DNA from: Hydrolagus affinis | Taxonomy: Eukaryota | Length of the DNA: 64,000 nt | NCBI GenBank assembly: GCA_012026655.1 | Contig: JAAILG010000883.1 | Coordinates: 1-64,000 of the forward strand | Direction: 5' to 3' | In this document: piece after piece, positions 50,535 to 63,449 of the stretch | Layout of the letters: every line of letters starts with the position of its first letter | Position numbering within the stretch: the stretch's first letter is position 1 | Program-made: the position numbers and the translations under genes | Notes under the pieces: generated by a model | Told to the model about the DNA's origin: nothing | The model's database searches: none | The model's input: only the letters and a program-made list of their open reading frames with translations

Positions 50535-51497
50535 CACGGAGCTCTGTCCTTGGTCCTCTCCTGTTTAATATTTACATGCTCAGTGATATCATTCATAGAC
50601 ATGGGTTACCTTCCATATGATTCCCATCTCCATCTCTCTGCCTCCACCTTCGGCTCCAGGAATACTGGTGTCCTCATGGATTGTCACCATAGTGGCGGTC
50701 AGGCTCTCATCTCCTGGTCCCCCTATTCTTTTCCTTTTCCGGAACCTTCCCCTCCTTTGAGCACCTTAGCCTCTTACCACCCCTCCAGTCTTTCCCTCAA
50801 AACCCTCCTCGACTACCATCTCACCAAACCTTCCCCCACCTTCCTCTTGGACACCTCCATCCTCCTATCTTCCATTTCACTCTTCTCCGAACGCCTCTTC
50901 TTGCTCTACTTCTGCTGACTTCTCCCTCAACCTCTCTCTCCACATCCACTCCATCACCCACGTCCATGCCACCCCCTTGACCTGATGATCACCTGGGGGC
51001 TCACTGTTTTGGACATCACCATCACCAATAAAGCCATTTTGCGCCACTACTTAATTTCCCCTTAAAACCTCCGTACGTACCCCTTCTCCCTCTACCATCA
51101 CCTATTACCCCTGTCAGAAATTAAATCCTGGATGAGAGCCAACTTACTCCAGTTGAATGTCGACAAGGTGGAGGTTTCCCTCCTTGGCTTCTGTCAGCAT
51201 CTTCTCACCTCGGGCATTGGCAGCATCATTATTGATGGATGTACATAAACCTTTCTTTCCCCACTCTCTGGAATTCCATTCCCAGAGTCCATCCTCCTCG
51301 CTCCCTCCCTTTGTCTCCTTTAAGGTCCGTCTCAAGACTTTCCTCTTTGAAAGTGCCTTTTGTCACCCTCCAACTGCCGCCACCTTTGCCCTCTTGGTTC
51401 CAAACCTCAGCTCAGGTGGAAACCTTTGACTGTCCAGCACCTTGGAACATTTTCCCAGTGTGAAAGATGCTATACCAATGGACTGTAATTTGTTGTT
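50535..51497 (+). mobile_element. Rearranged L2 LINE relic: RT fragment, endonuclease fragment (50686-51110), RT continuation, 3' tail
   Basis: RT motif SVLGPLLFNIYML.DIIHRHG...VLMDC | LSEIKSWMRANLLQLNVDKVE. The insert reads HSGGQALIS, SFEHL, YHLTK, ITHVHATPLDL, all APE-endonuclease-like. The tail includes FKVRLKTFLF and tgactgtccagcaccttgg. Confidence 0.85.
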
Positions 51498-52989
51498 TTT
51501 TCCTGTTTACTGTGTGTTCATAGGAACTCCACTCGCTGATATCACTTCAGAGGGTCATCCTATGCATGGGACACTTGTGTACAACTGTTATATACCTCAG
51601 CTGCTTATCAGGTGGAATGTAAGATCATTTAGGGAAGCCTTACAGTTGATACAGTACATTTGACAACTGAGTTTATCTATGGTATGTGTATATCACTTAT
51701 TGACATATATTGTATATATTTCACATTCTCCCACAAAATGTAATGTACATTGTCAAGTTGAAGGATTATTATGAAGAGACCTGTTTGGACATAGGTATCT
51801 AGCCTGTACTTAGTTTCACTTCACTGTCTGAGCTTAACCAATGCTACAGCTATTATAATGTATTACCTATATCATTAAAAGCAATCAAAAAATATAGCCC
51901 TTGCTATTTATCTTTGCATATCTTCTGAAGATGATTCTGTCATTGTTCCCAGTACAAAAGCTATGGCTTTCAAACCAACTGGGTTTCTTCCTAATGTCAT
52001 CACTTAGAAAATTGGATTGTTTTTAAATGTCATGTTTTTCATTTCATTTTGCTCTGTAAGGCTAAAATGCTGCAGTATTGATGATAGAGACAGGAAGGAT
52101 GAAGAGGAAACAAGTTGCTCTTGTTGTAAACTGTTGCCGTTGTTAGGGCGACCAACTTTGGCTGGTTGATAAGCCATTGCTCGATCCAGACGCACCAAGA
52201 CTGTCATGTGGATAACTCTCTCTTTATTAAACTTGCTTTTCAACAAGAAGGCAGAGTAGCCTCAGAGCATTTACTGATAATATCACCACTCAACCACTGT
52301 CTCTACGGTTTTGCACATTCAATGAATTCTGCGCAATAGAGGAACGTTTGCAGGAAATATAATGTTGATCAAATATATTTTATTATATAACGACGGTTCC
52401 TTTTCCTGTCAGCAAAATCTGAAAAACAGTCCGTGATTGTAAAGCAAATGCACCATTGACATTTATTTTGTTCCCTTTATATTGAAACAACAGCGTACAT
52501 TACAACCCAGTGTTTACGTCACCAGAGTAAAGTGCATCATCAATACAATAAATCAACCAGAAATAAGAATGGTTTGTAAGATTTGTTAAATCACATGTGT
52601 AAATGAATACAAATTTGGTGTAAAAATTAAGAACATAAAGATTATTCTTATAAATTTTGTTCGAGTGACACTGCAAAAACCACAAACGGGTGTAACATTG
52701 GAACCTATCTACCTTGTCCAGACTTGGTACAGTTGTGGATCTTACGCTGCTGTTAGTGTGGGAAGGACTGAGACTGGAGCATGGAATTGGCTTCAGCGCT
52801 GATCTCCGATAATTACAGTGTTCGTGCATAACACATTCCAGAAACTGTCCCTTTTGTTTTAGCTGAGGTTTTTTTTGGCCGTGTTCACATTCGTAGATTA
52901 ATTGCAGTTGGTTTTCAAAAATGAAAGTATGCTTGAAACACAAATGATTATCAAAACAACAATTATAAGCACAGTTGCTAAAGGCATTG

Positions 52990-53150
52990 CCCAGTATGGG
53001 GCTGAGTAATACAAATCAGGAATTTTACGGGTTTGATCCTTTGTCTGTTCTCAAATCCAGCCAGGATGGAATTTAGAGCACTACAATTGGCCTCGGTGCC
53101 CCTGGGCTACACAGAAGAAATATCAGCCAATTCTTGCTTCTTGCAATGCA
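52990..53150 (+). mobile_element. Family-X SINE-like 5' half
   Basis: ctgagtaatacaaatcagg...gggtttgatcctttgtctgt...cactacaattggcctcggtgcccctgggcta...atcagccaattcttgcttc. Confidence 0.7.
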
Positions 53151-53971
53151 ACCTTAACAAATTCAACGTGTCAGTACAGTACATTAATCAAGATACAAAT
53201 CACCCCTGAAGATACTTATCTTAGAGATGGATATCTGGAATTATCCATTATCAATATTGTAACAGTTGCGAGTCTAAAACTACCGTACCAATGGTTTCAG
53301 GCAAGTTCACTCGGAGCGATGAATAATGTACAGAGAGAGTATAGCGAAGCCTGCATAAAGAGACTACCAGCCCATAGAGACCACTTGTTTTCAGTCCCAC
53401 AATAAATGAATCACTTCACGATAACATAGCTTAGGAGACGGTTAGTCTATGGAGGCAAGGTAGATGCGCGCAATCTTAAATGTGAGAATTACAGGCAGTT
53501 TTCACTGTACCTCACTACCTTGTCCAGACTTGGTGTCTTGTTTGCAGACTTCATTTAGTCCATTATAAACACACGTGATGTAGCCTGGTGTAGAAAGTAA
53601 AAGTTTATTAAAAAGCTAGATTCCAGTCAGGGTTTACCTTTCATCTGTCTCGTAGCCACTACTGTTAATACTGGAAATCTGGATGAGTTGCGATTGGTTT
53701 TCCAAGAACAATGGTCCCTGCAGAGTAGAAGATACTCATTCCGCGGCAGATCACAGTCAGATTGCAATCAATCCTGTGATTGGCCCCCAGTGTTGTAAAC
53801 CATTCGCTATGCTCAGTCAGTCTGTGACATTGCAAACACAGTTTTTTAAATATATATCTGAGTTCTCAATTTAAAGGATCTGTTATGACTAAAGGTTACT
53901 CAAATCTCTTTTTTCAAAAAGAAACCGTAACCTGTATTTATATTTCCAGTTCAATCAGTTTACTTATACTG

Positions 53972-54335
53972 TTAATAATTATCCTTCACAGCGCTTCACA
54001 GGATTTATTGTATAGTGTGGTAACTATGTATTTTGTAGGCGAACGCAGCAGCCACTTTGTGCATATTAACATCCCACAGAATTAATGAATGACTTAAGTT
54101 TATCTGGAGGATTGTAGGCTTGGCCAAATGGTACAGTGGGGTCTTTAATGTTCACCTGAACAGGCAAATGGGACCTTATTTTAATATCTCACCCAAAGGC
54201 TGGCATTACTGATAATGGAGAATTCCCCCAGCTTGTACTGGAAAGGCAGCCTAGACTTTGAGTGCAGAGCCCTGACATGGGATTTGAAACTACAACTTTC
54301 TGACCCCTGGGTGAGAGTGCAAACCTACTCAGCGA
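53972..54335 (-). mobile_element. Deu-domain SINE (SacSINE1/AmnSINE-like), near full length
   Basis: Antisense Deu core ggggtctttaatgttcacctga...tttaatatctcacccaaagg...gtactggaa...cagcctaga, a tRNA-like head (gggatttgaa...caactttctgac...gagagtgc) and a 3' tail like that of the young SINE. Confidence 0.75.
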
Positions 54336-56765
54336 GTCTGTCATCCGATCACACTATCAATGTCCTGGCATTGACTTTTACTGAGGTGCAGATCCAAGTT
54401 CTTCAGGGGTAAAACTAGACAGTTAACGTTGAGAGGCTATTCAAACATCGAAGGCACCAAAATTAATCACTTCATATGCAGGTCACTGGATAGCAATTAC
54501 AAATGGGATTTCTAGAAGTTATGTTTTAACCCAGAGGCATTAAGGTCACTCATTGCACATCTCCCCAACTGAGACCATCTAAACTTATCAACATAGCTCA
54601 TTACCACACCACCTGATGCATTTACACACACAACCATCAGAGTAACTCCTGTGCCTCAGCCGAAACATGCTTTTTGGGTCGTTATTGCCTGAGCAATAAT
54701 CCTTGCAACGATCATATTGTCAAGTTGGAGGTTAACTGTACATTCGGTAGAATGCTGATTAAGTGCCACGTAATGAGAATGATGCTAAATGTGATGGCTT
54801 TGCAAATATCTTTCTTGTATTGTCGCGTGAACTTCACCAGTTTTTAAAAGCATTTGGGAGCCATCCCATCCTTTCTCTGCCCACTGGCTGACGAAGGTAA
54901 AATCTTGCAATCAGTTTTGTGAAATGCCGCTATCTTTCCCAAATGCTGAGTGCACGGTCTCCTTGTGGTGCTCTCGGCAAGCATCATCCTACAATCAAAT
55001 TGGCCATTCAAAATAGTTCTTCCCACCAACTGATCCTTCTGTGTTTCTCATTGACGGAATCAACCTGTGCATCTATTCATTTTGTGAAGAAATATTTCAC
55101 GGTTAAGCTGCTTTTAAAACATTTCTGCTCAGACCTTGACTATTCTTTTGTGTTCACATTGTTCATCTCTACAGCCTCTGCCATAACTGTTGAAGTGCCC
55201 TAGTCTTTAACTGCAGTTTCAGCTGTACAATGAAATAGAGTGGTCCGAGAATTAAGATGAATTGATATTAAGCCATTTTGGAGTTTTGCTATGGGCAGCA
55301 GCTGTACAATTTGGCAGGTCAGCCCCCTACCTGTGTGGGACCTTTTGCCCATTTGTGTGCTGCAATTCGTTGTTCTGAAATTGCTTGTTTTTTTTTACTG
55401 AAAAGCAGACTCTCGGTCCCAATTATGCTGTCAGTCACATCATTGCCTTTGAGAAGTTTGTGCAGCTACATTCAGGGGCTTGAAAAGGTAAAAGTGCATT
55501 TAGCAGATGGTGTGGTGGAGCTATTTCAGATTTGTCTCCATTATACTGTAGTAACTGCAGATATAACTGGAATTTGAGACTAATGCAGTTTCTCCAAATT
55601 GGGGGCATTGATAAACCTGTGCAGCTATGTTATTTTGGCACCATTTAAAGCAAGGATGAACTCTGGAGAACTAAATCAATTCCTCTTCTCCCTCTTCTGG
55701 AGGTGTTTTACAGTTTCCGCAGGGAGCCACATAGTTCCAGTTTTCAAAGGTTGGGTGGTATTCTTGTAATGCATGAGAAAGTGCTGGTGTTACATTTATT
55801 CTGACATGAGCAGCATTCATTTTATCTTTGCTGAAAGATGAGCTGTACTGATTTTATACACACGCAAAAAAATGAGTTTTTTTCACTGAAGAATTTCCAG
55901 GTATATTCTAGAACATATTCTGCAGGATAAAGTTAGGAGAGAGAGTAACTAATTTATATGTTTTTTTTCAAGATAAATGCTCCTTGGCAGCTCCACAATT
56001 AATTCTCTGCCACACCTATGTTGGGAATTGGAATGGAATGCAAATGACTTTTGCACGCATTATTATCTTAATTTGCATCGTGTTTCAATGATTAATCTTG
56101 GATCTTGGAGAACAAAGTGTTACGAAGCGTAGACAACTAATTCAGGCTCAGACATGCAGTTGAAAGTTAAATGGATGGATCTAATAACAGCTGGGCTATT
56201 GCAGTACCAGGTTCAGTACAATTCTTCGTTTTTCATCCAAGAGCTGTGGTGGGGGATTGTAGAACACCAACAGCTTAAAAAGTAGTTGGTGCTTTCCACA
56301 GACTCCACCACTCTCCCATCTCCTCGTAGATATCTCCTATATATGCCATTCAAATTCTAGGTGAAGGGTGATGTGTTCCTGATGTTGGTAATGTCCTGAG
56401 AACCTGATTGCTAAAAGACAGACACTGAGTGCTATTGGATTGAAAATCTTTCTTGTGCTTTTTGTCTGCTACTGATGGTAATGAAGCCATCAACAGCACC
56501 GCAGAAGGGTGTGATGTCCCTGGCTCCAAGGATGCAGACAGCCATGTCCTGACTTTATTTTCTGAGACCCTCTGAAGGCAGCAGCAATTTTCCTTCCTCT
56601 TTAAAATTTATTTTAAAAAAACAAGTAAAACGTGATCATGTGTCTCTTTGGTAGGGTAGAGTAGCTGCCACCTCTGCTTACATACAATGATTATATTATT
56701 AGGGTATGTCTGTTTTGAATGCAAAGTTAATTTTTTGTTATACATGACAGCCTAGCATGCTTTTA

Positions 56766-56840
56766 TAACAATACAACACCAAATTACATTTGTAGAGCGC
56801 CTTTCATGTCGGGAGCTCATCCCAAGGTGCTGGACGGTCA
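56766..56840 (-). mobile_element. Very short L2 3' tail insertion
   Basis: aacaatacaacaccaaattacatttgtagagcgcctttcatgtcggg...cccaaggtgctggacggtca. Confidence 0.85.
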
Positions 56841-56884
56841 GGGATATGGATTTAATTATCCATTAATTGCGATTCATAATGAAA

Positions 56885-57375
56885 GAGGTATAATACTTTC
56901 ACATAGCACCTTATCATGTCAAAAAGTTTATTTTCTCAGAATTTTTTGGTAAAGTTTAGTGACTCTTTATTTGTAGATTAACATGCAGTCATTTTGCACA
57001 CCGTAATGTCCTACAAACAGCTGTAAGGTAAATGATTTTAAAAATAAATCTGGGGATAAAAATCCTTTGCAACGCTTTGAGACGTCTCGCTGACATGATA
57101 TGAAATGGAAGGATTATTATTGTTAATGAGGACATCAGGCGGAACCTGCTTCACTTTTCCAATATTATCATGGGATCTTTAACATCAACCTTAACAGGCA
57201 GTCGAGACTTCAGTTTAACTGTCTAATCCAAAGGAAGGTATCTCTGACAACCCGGCACTCCCCCAGGACTACAGTGGATTGTCAGCCTAGACTAGCAGTT
57301 CAAATTCCTGATGAGGAGAGGGGTTGAACTCATAAACTTCTGACTAAGAGTGCTATAAAGTGAACCAGGGTGATA
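56885..57375 (-). mobile_element. Deu-domain SINE, near full length, with an opposite-strand short tail insert (~57065-57122)
   Basis: catgggatctttaacatc...cagtttaactgtctaatccaaagg...tctgacaac...gcactcccc...tgtcagcctaga...ttgaactcataaacttctgact. The nested insert reads gctttgagacgtctc...aaggattattatt. Confidence 0.78.
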
Positions 57376-60142
57376 CTGGAAAGGCTATTAAAACCAATGC
57401 ATCCAGCAGTTGTGTTGCATGGTCAGTTTTCACTTTTAACTTCCATCCATCTGTTATTTACAGTATACTCCTGCTCCTAATGCTACTAAACCCTTTCCCA
57501 TCACAGATCACTTTGAAGGTTGCTGTCTGAACAAGATTGTCTATTATATTGGGAAGAACAAAACTATCTCCTATTATGTAATGGCCTTTTCTTAACCTCC
57601 ACAAGTGTGCTGCTGTGTGCAAGCGAAAGCTCTCATTAAACAAAAGCAGAAATGGCACCTTTCTGTATTACTAGTTTGATCAAAATATAGAAATGGGCTG
57701 ATTTCATTCCACTACTCTAACAATTGCCTTTGTACTGTAACATACATAACTAACAAAATACTGTAGTATGTAACCCCTTAAAGGAAATTTGGGGCCGCTA
57801 AGCTACTCTGGCCTGTATTCATTTTACCGTTGAATTTATTTTTATAGGAAGTTCATAATGACCATAAGTATTTAGAAAGGTGCTTTTAATATCTCCCCCT
57901 TTCAAAAGGATTTATTACAAGGGTAAGAAATATTGATATAGTTATTGATAGAAATGTTCAATATGTTGTACAGAGGATCAAATGTTGAATTCTTCACCAT
58001 GAGGGGCTGTGCTATCTGTAGTTTAATTTTAGATCATTGGGTTGTCAACTCTGATAGATTGAATGTAAATTAAATGTAGCTGGGGTTTTTTTGTATTTTG
58101 GTTGTTCCTTCTGCTTCCGCACAAAGCCTTTGCCCATCACTGTTGTGGTTAGCTGACTGTTTTAAATTTAAATTCTATTTGAAAAGCATTTAGCTCTGTA
58201 GTCGGAGATTTAGACGGTTTAAAAAGTGCAATTTTAAAACCATAATTGCATTTTATTACAGTGAATAGGATGTGGGATCTGATGACAATAAAAAACTCAA
58301 AAGGTTTGTGTATATCGGATGATTTATCACACCAATGATTATTTCAACATTCCACTTTGTCTAGCGCTAGAAAAAAAAATCGTTGACATGCTTGTAAGAA
58401 AAAAATACAAATGTCCCCGAGTTCATTATTGCCTAATTAGCCTGTGAAGATTCCTCTGAGAAATGTTTCGAACTGCAAAGCTGTTAAAGCTCTTCTGCTG
58501 GTGGTGAGACTGGCTGAATTACAGTCATCGAGGCGTTCAGTACTGCATTTCATCTTTCACGAGGCACTCGTGGCTCAGGTCACTCAGTTAATATAGATCA
58601 GTGTGAAGGCCTGTCACATTAACACTTTAAGGAAAATTTGATCTTAATGTTTTAGGCACAATGTTACATTGTGAGCTGAAGAGTTGAGAATTCAGATGAC
58701 GACTGTATTGCTTATCAAATTCAATAGGAGTGCTCTATATTTCTTGCCAAAAAAAACTCTCCTTCGGCTTTTCTGTTAATTGGCGCTCCAAAATAGTTAA
58801 AAATTCCCTTAGACTCTAGTCTTGTGAGTACCAATTAAAACAACATGACCTGTCCCCTTACTCTACCCCTGATTAACAACCATCGTGATTATCCTTTGAA
58901 GGGTTAAATTTGCTTCACGGTTCAGGTAATAGAGTTGCTTTATTTAATATTGGCTTTTTCGCCCGCCCGCTCGCCCGTCCACCTTCTGCCAACTCTGACC
59001 TTTTATAATAGTGGTGAACATAAGTAGTTACAATAAGTTAATTAAATTTGTATTTTTAGAAACTAAGGACAGAGTCCATCTCTGAAGGTTAATTTCTGTC
59101 CCTCTTGGTCACGTACAATATGCATCAGGATGACCCAAACTGAATCCAATCCCTCTGGATTTTATATGACAAGTCCTCTCTCTCCACCCCCCCACCCCCC
59201 CCTTCCCTGTTGGTATTAAATTACTTGCCCCATGCATTTGTTGTCTTTTTGATTTGCAGCTGATAGGAATTTTGCATTAGCTGTTGATAGTGGCCTGATT
59301 CAGAGCTTCAACTTTACACTCAGGGCAACACCAGGAGTGTTTTGGTGTGAATTAAAACTCTGCTGGTTTCTCCCAGAGTTGCTTTAAACTATAACTCGGA
59401 CCAAGCAGACATTATAGATTTGCTCTTCACACAAATATTATATAAGAATCAGTTACTATTTGCACCCCTTGTCCTACCAGATCATTTGTGGACGATACTG
59501 TGGGGTGATAGACTTCAGTATGACCTGTTTTTAAATGAACTGATGAAGCTGTTGATTACTGTCTGCTGAAGGACATCATTGATGCTTATTGTTTTGATTT
59601 CATGTGAGGGGACATCTTATTTTTGTGGCCTGCCAGGCATCTGTGTACCAACTGACCCTGCCATTTCAGCTGCGGAAAGACTTATCTCTGAAATGAGGTC
59701 TGATATAAACACGATAAGCTTATTTGGCGGCCCATTTCTGGACGATGAATAAAACATTTGACAACATCATTTGAGCTGAGGGGCTTGCAATCTGCTTGCA
59801 ACAAGACCAGCTCGAGAGCTCACTTCTAGCAACCATCGCTGATGGCACTGCCGAGTGCCTCACTGAGAATGCAGAACTGTGAGAGATGTGGTTAACCTTA
59901 TGTATCTGCTCACCCTTTGGAATTGTTACGAAAAGTCCCAAGAATGAGCAGAGGAAGAGAGAATTTGTTCTTGATCAATATCTGTTGGTTCAGGTTGGTT
60001 CATTTTACATTTTATATGGAAAATCTATATTGTTGGACAGATATCCCATCGTAATCATTTTTAAAACGTGTAAATTATTACCCAGAAGATTTCATCTCCG
60101 TTAATTTGGCCTGGCCCGTTGCATTAATTGGACATCATATAA

Positions 60143-60260
60143 TAAAATAATAATAATAATCCTTGCATTTGATATAGCGCTTTTCACATCTTATCGACGT
60201 CCCAAAGCGCTTCACAGAATATACTGTAAAGTGAATTGACTGTATATATTTGTGGGTGAA
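60143..60260 (-). mobile_element. SINE 3' end, young
   Basis: aataataataataatccttgcatttgatatagcgcttttcacatc...gacgtcccaaagcgcttcacagaatatactgtaaagtgaattgactgtata. Confidence 0.92.
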
Positions 60261-60344
60261 AAGTCCACATCATGCAAAATATAAATTGACTAAAGTAGAA
60301 GATTGTACCATCAGGAGTTAAACCTTCACTATTGTACCAACCAT

Positions 60345-60497
60345 TATGTCTGTGTCTCTTGTTGTTTCTCTCTACCTCTCTTGTTCTCTCTCTCTCTGCC
60401 TCTTTCGCACTCTTTCCGCTACTCTCTCAGTGCCTATTTTTGTCTCTCTCGCTCTTCCAGTACCCCTCTCTCTCTCTGACTTTCTCTTTCTCTCTCG
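60345..60497. repeat. Degenerate (CT)n pyrimidine tract
   Basis: tctctcttgttctctctctctctgcctctttc...; explains ORFs 60332-60709 and 60346-60528. Confidence 0.85.
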
Positions 60498-62887
60498 TAG
60501 TGTGGATCACTCATGTATTATTGTATAAGCGTCTAATTTGCAATGTTTTAAAGAGATCTCTTTTTATAATGAAATCCAAATCACCCACATGGAGACAGCA
60601 TGGACCAACAAGAACCCAGCTTCATGGAATCTGTTTGGAATTCCAATTAAAAATCCTACAATTTAGAGAACCCATAAAACACCAGCTTTTGACCTATTTT
60701 CATCAATAATATTTTTTAAACCACATTACAGAATCAGTCTGTCGTTTTATTTGAAAATATTGAAATTACTCTTCATTAAAAATGACTGCAAGCTCACACT
60801 TGAATGTGTACACTGCATGACTAGGAATGTATTTAAAATAAAAATACCAAGAAAGGTAGGTGGATTTAAATTATATTTGAAATTAGAGTTAAATGTTTGA
60901 ATAATTATTAATTTAAGAGTTTTCCCATTTAAAAAAAAATCACAGTCAATTGAGAAATACTATCTGTTAGAGTTAGTTTTCATATCCTAACCAGTGACAA
61001 TTCTCTGCTGTTCAGTCTGCTTTGTCATAACGTTTTAGGAGAAAAATCAAATACTCGGGTACGTGTAAATCTCGGATAGGAAGAAGTGACCATTTTGCTA
61101 CACAAGGAAGTCTGGGGTTTGTGTTATCATCTTTGCTAGTCAGCCTTGAGTGAAGGATCCCCATGGTTTTAACAAAGCATCTGCTACAGAACTGGTCCAT
61201 CAGTCCATTAACTCGCTGACTGGAATGTGAGGGTGGACTGGCAGGTCATTTAAATACTGTACGCTATGGTGTTTGGGCTGTGTCCAGTGATCAATGCCTC
61301 AATAGCAGAAAAGTCCATAACTGTCCATGGGTATCGTACACAGTGAAGTAATTGAACATAGGTCAAAGCAAAAAAAACTTGCAAGGTAGCATGCATGTTT
61401 TATTAACCCTTTATGCTCTGTGCTACGTTTACAGTTTGGTTTTTGTGTAAGACGGTATGCAAGAGTGATGTTTGTGGAGCAAAAATGTGAATTTGGTGAC
61501 AATGTTGTCCAGTCAACTAGGGCTGGTTTGGATTTCTGTTAACTCTGTCACAGTACAGTTAAAGATGTATGTGCTGTGATGTGGGAGTCATAGATGTAGA
61601 AGCAACATGCAATAATGCAATATTGCAATAGTGCAATATATCTGCCCTATGTGGGACAAACAAGCACAGGGGTTTGCTTTGAATGCGCACAATGTAGATC
61701 ACCCATCCTTGTATGAGGATGATTGTAGACAGAGCTATGATGTCGCTCATGACCGATGCTTACTCTCTGTTTTTCGTAGACTTATACATAAAGAACAGCT
61801 TGGGTAAAACAGTTCACACGTCCTGTAGGATCTTGTAGCATGAATCTGTGGTTTCAAAGCAAATAAGCACTTGTTTGGAAAGGGGGCTAATGTAAATATA
61901 TAATTTACTCCTTGCCCATTTTTGACTTTTCCAAAAAATAGAAGTTTGCCACTGCAATGTTGTATTGTGTCCCTGTATCCTTCTCCAAATTGCACCTCAG
62001 ATTGGTACCTACGATTATCGGAGCTGGTTATCTGTGCAATATGCTGAAAGCTTTTCTACGAGCATCATGACAAGCAAATTGGCCCATCCCTGTGCTTTGT
62101 TACAAGCAGAGCCAGACTTACTGACTCTTCCGTGCATGCAAAGAGGAATGATGTATTAAAGACAGCACTCGGGATTGGATATTTCCTGCTTGCCTAGGTC
62201 AATCATAAGTGCCCTATATGCATCTGAACCTTGTACACCCAGGCAAGCTGCGCCGGCCGGTATAGATGTGAGAAAAAATTGCTCTGACATTTCCTATGGT
62301 TGGGGTGATGCTTGTTAGCTGAATAGCAATTCAGCAGATCTCAATTCTTTTTTTATGTCTTAACACGCATTCTGTAAGTTCATCAGCGGACAACTGTCAA
62401 CTTTTTCCTCAGATTGCACAAAATCGTGCAATGTGTAAAACTTAGTTTATTACCCCAGTTTGAATTTGATGTTTAAAAAAATGAACCTGTGGTTTGAGCC
62501 ACTTTTTGTTTGAGGTGGGGGGGAAAGTATCGATCTGTGCATTGTGTGTATCGGGCATGCAGAAAATTGATTGACTGTAATATTCAAATCTATGAAATCA
62601 AATGATTTAGGGATGAAGTTAGATTGGAGTATATGGAAGAAGTTTTGAAAGATATAGAGAGAGGGGAAGTGTAAATGCAGAACATTTTTATAGAAGAGCT
62701 GGGAGAAAATCAGCCTCAGTGAACAACCAGCAGGGAAGGATCAGCTTAATGAGGAATTATAGCGCAGACCGAATGAAAATCAGCAATGAATCTGGTGGAA
62801 TTGAGAAGACACTGCACAAACTACACACATAACCACAGTTATTGAAAGGGTAACATGAGATTAAGATTCATAGTTTTATAGTTTACG

Positions 62888-62995
62888 TCCACAAAATGCA
62901 CAGCCAAATTCACTTTACAGTACATTCTGTGAAACGCTTTGAGGCATCTCAAACATGATAAGGCACTATATCAAATGCAAGGATTATTATTATTA
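62888..62995 (+). mobile_element. SINE 3' end
   Basis: ccacaaaatgcacagccaaattcactttacagtacattctgtgaaacgctttgag...gataaggcactatatcaaatgcaaggattattattatt. Confidence 0.9.
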
Positions 62996-63449
62996 CATGT
63001 TTTTGCAGTCACAAATTTACAGACGGCAAACAGTATTTCCCACTCTCCCCAAAGTTAAATTACATGATTTTTTTTGTAATTTAAAAGACATTCCAGGACC
63101 AATTTCTGTGCTCGAATAAAACTGCAAGTAAGACTGGAACGTACAGCTCTTCAAGCATCTTTCTCCCCAATAGGAAGAACTGTAAATTTTGTATGTCACA
63201 ATGTTTTTCTCCTTTGGTTAAGGGTGGGATAGTCACACTAATTCCTCTCTTGGCCGCCAGAATGAGTGATGGATTGAGGATGTAACATGCTTTCCCTCCC
63301 CCACTCTTCCACTTCCTTGTCAAAAGATTATGGGGCAAAGTTATTTCTTGATGCTTTAAATAAAGTAAATAATCCCAATGGAAACATCAAGTGAAAGGTG
63401 GCTACATGGAAGGGAATTTCAGAGAAAGTATTCGGTCAACTGAGTATCT

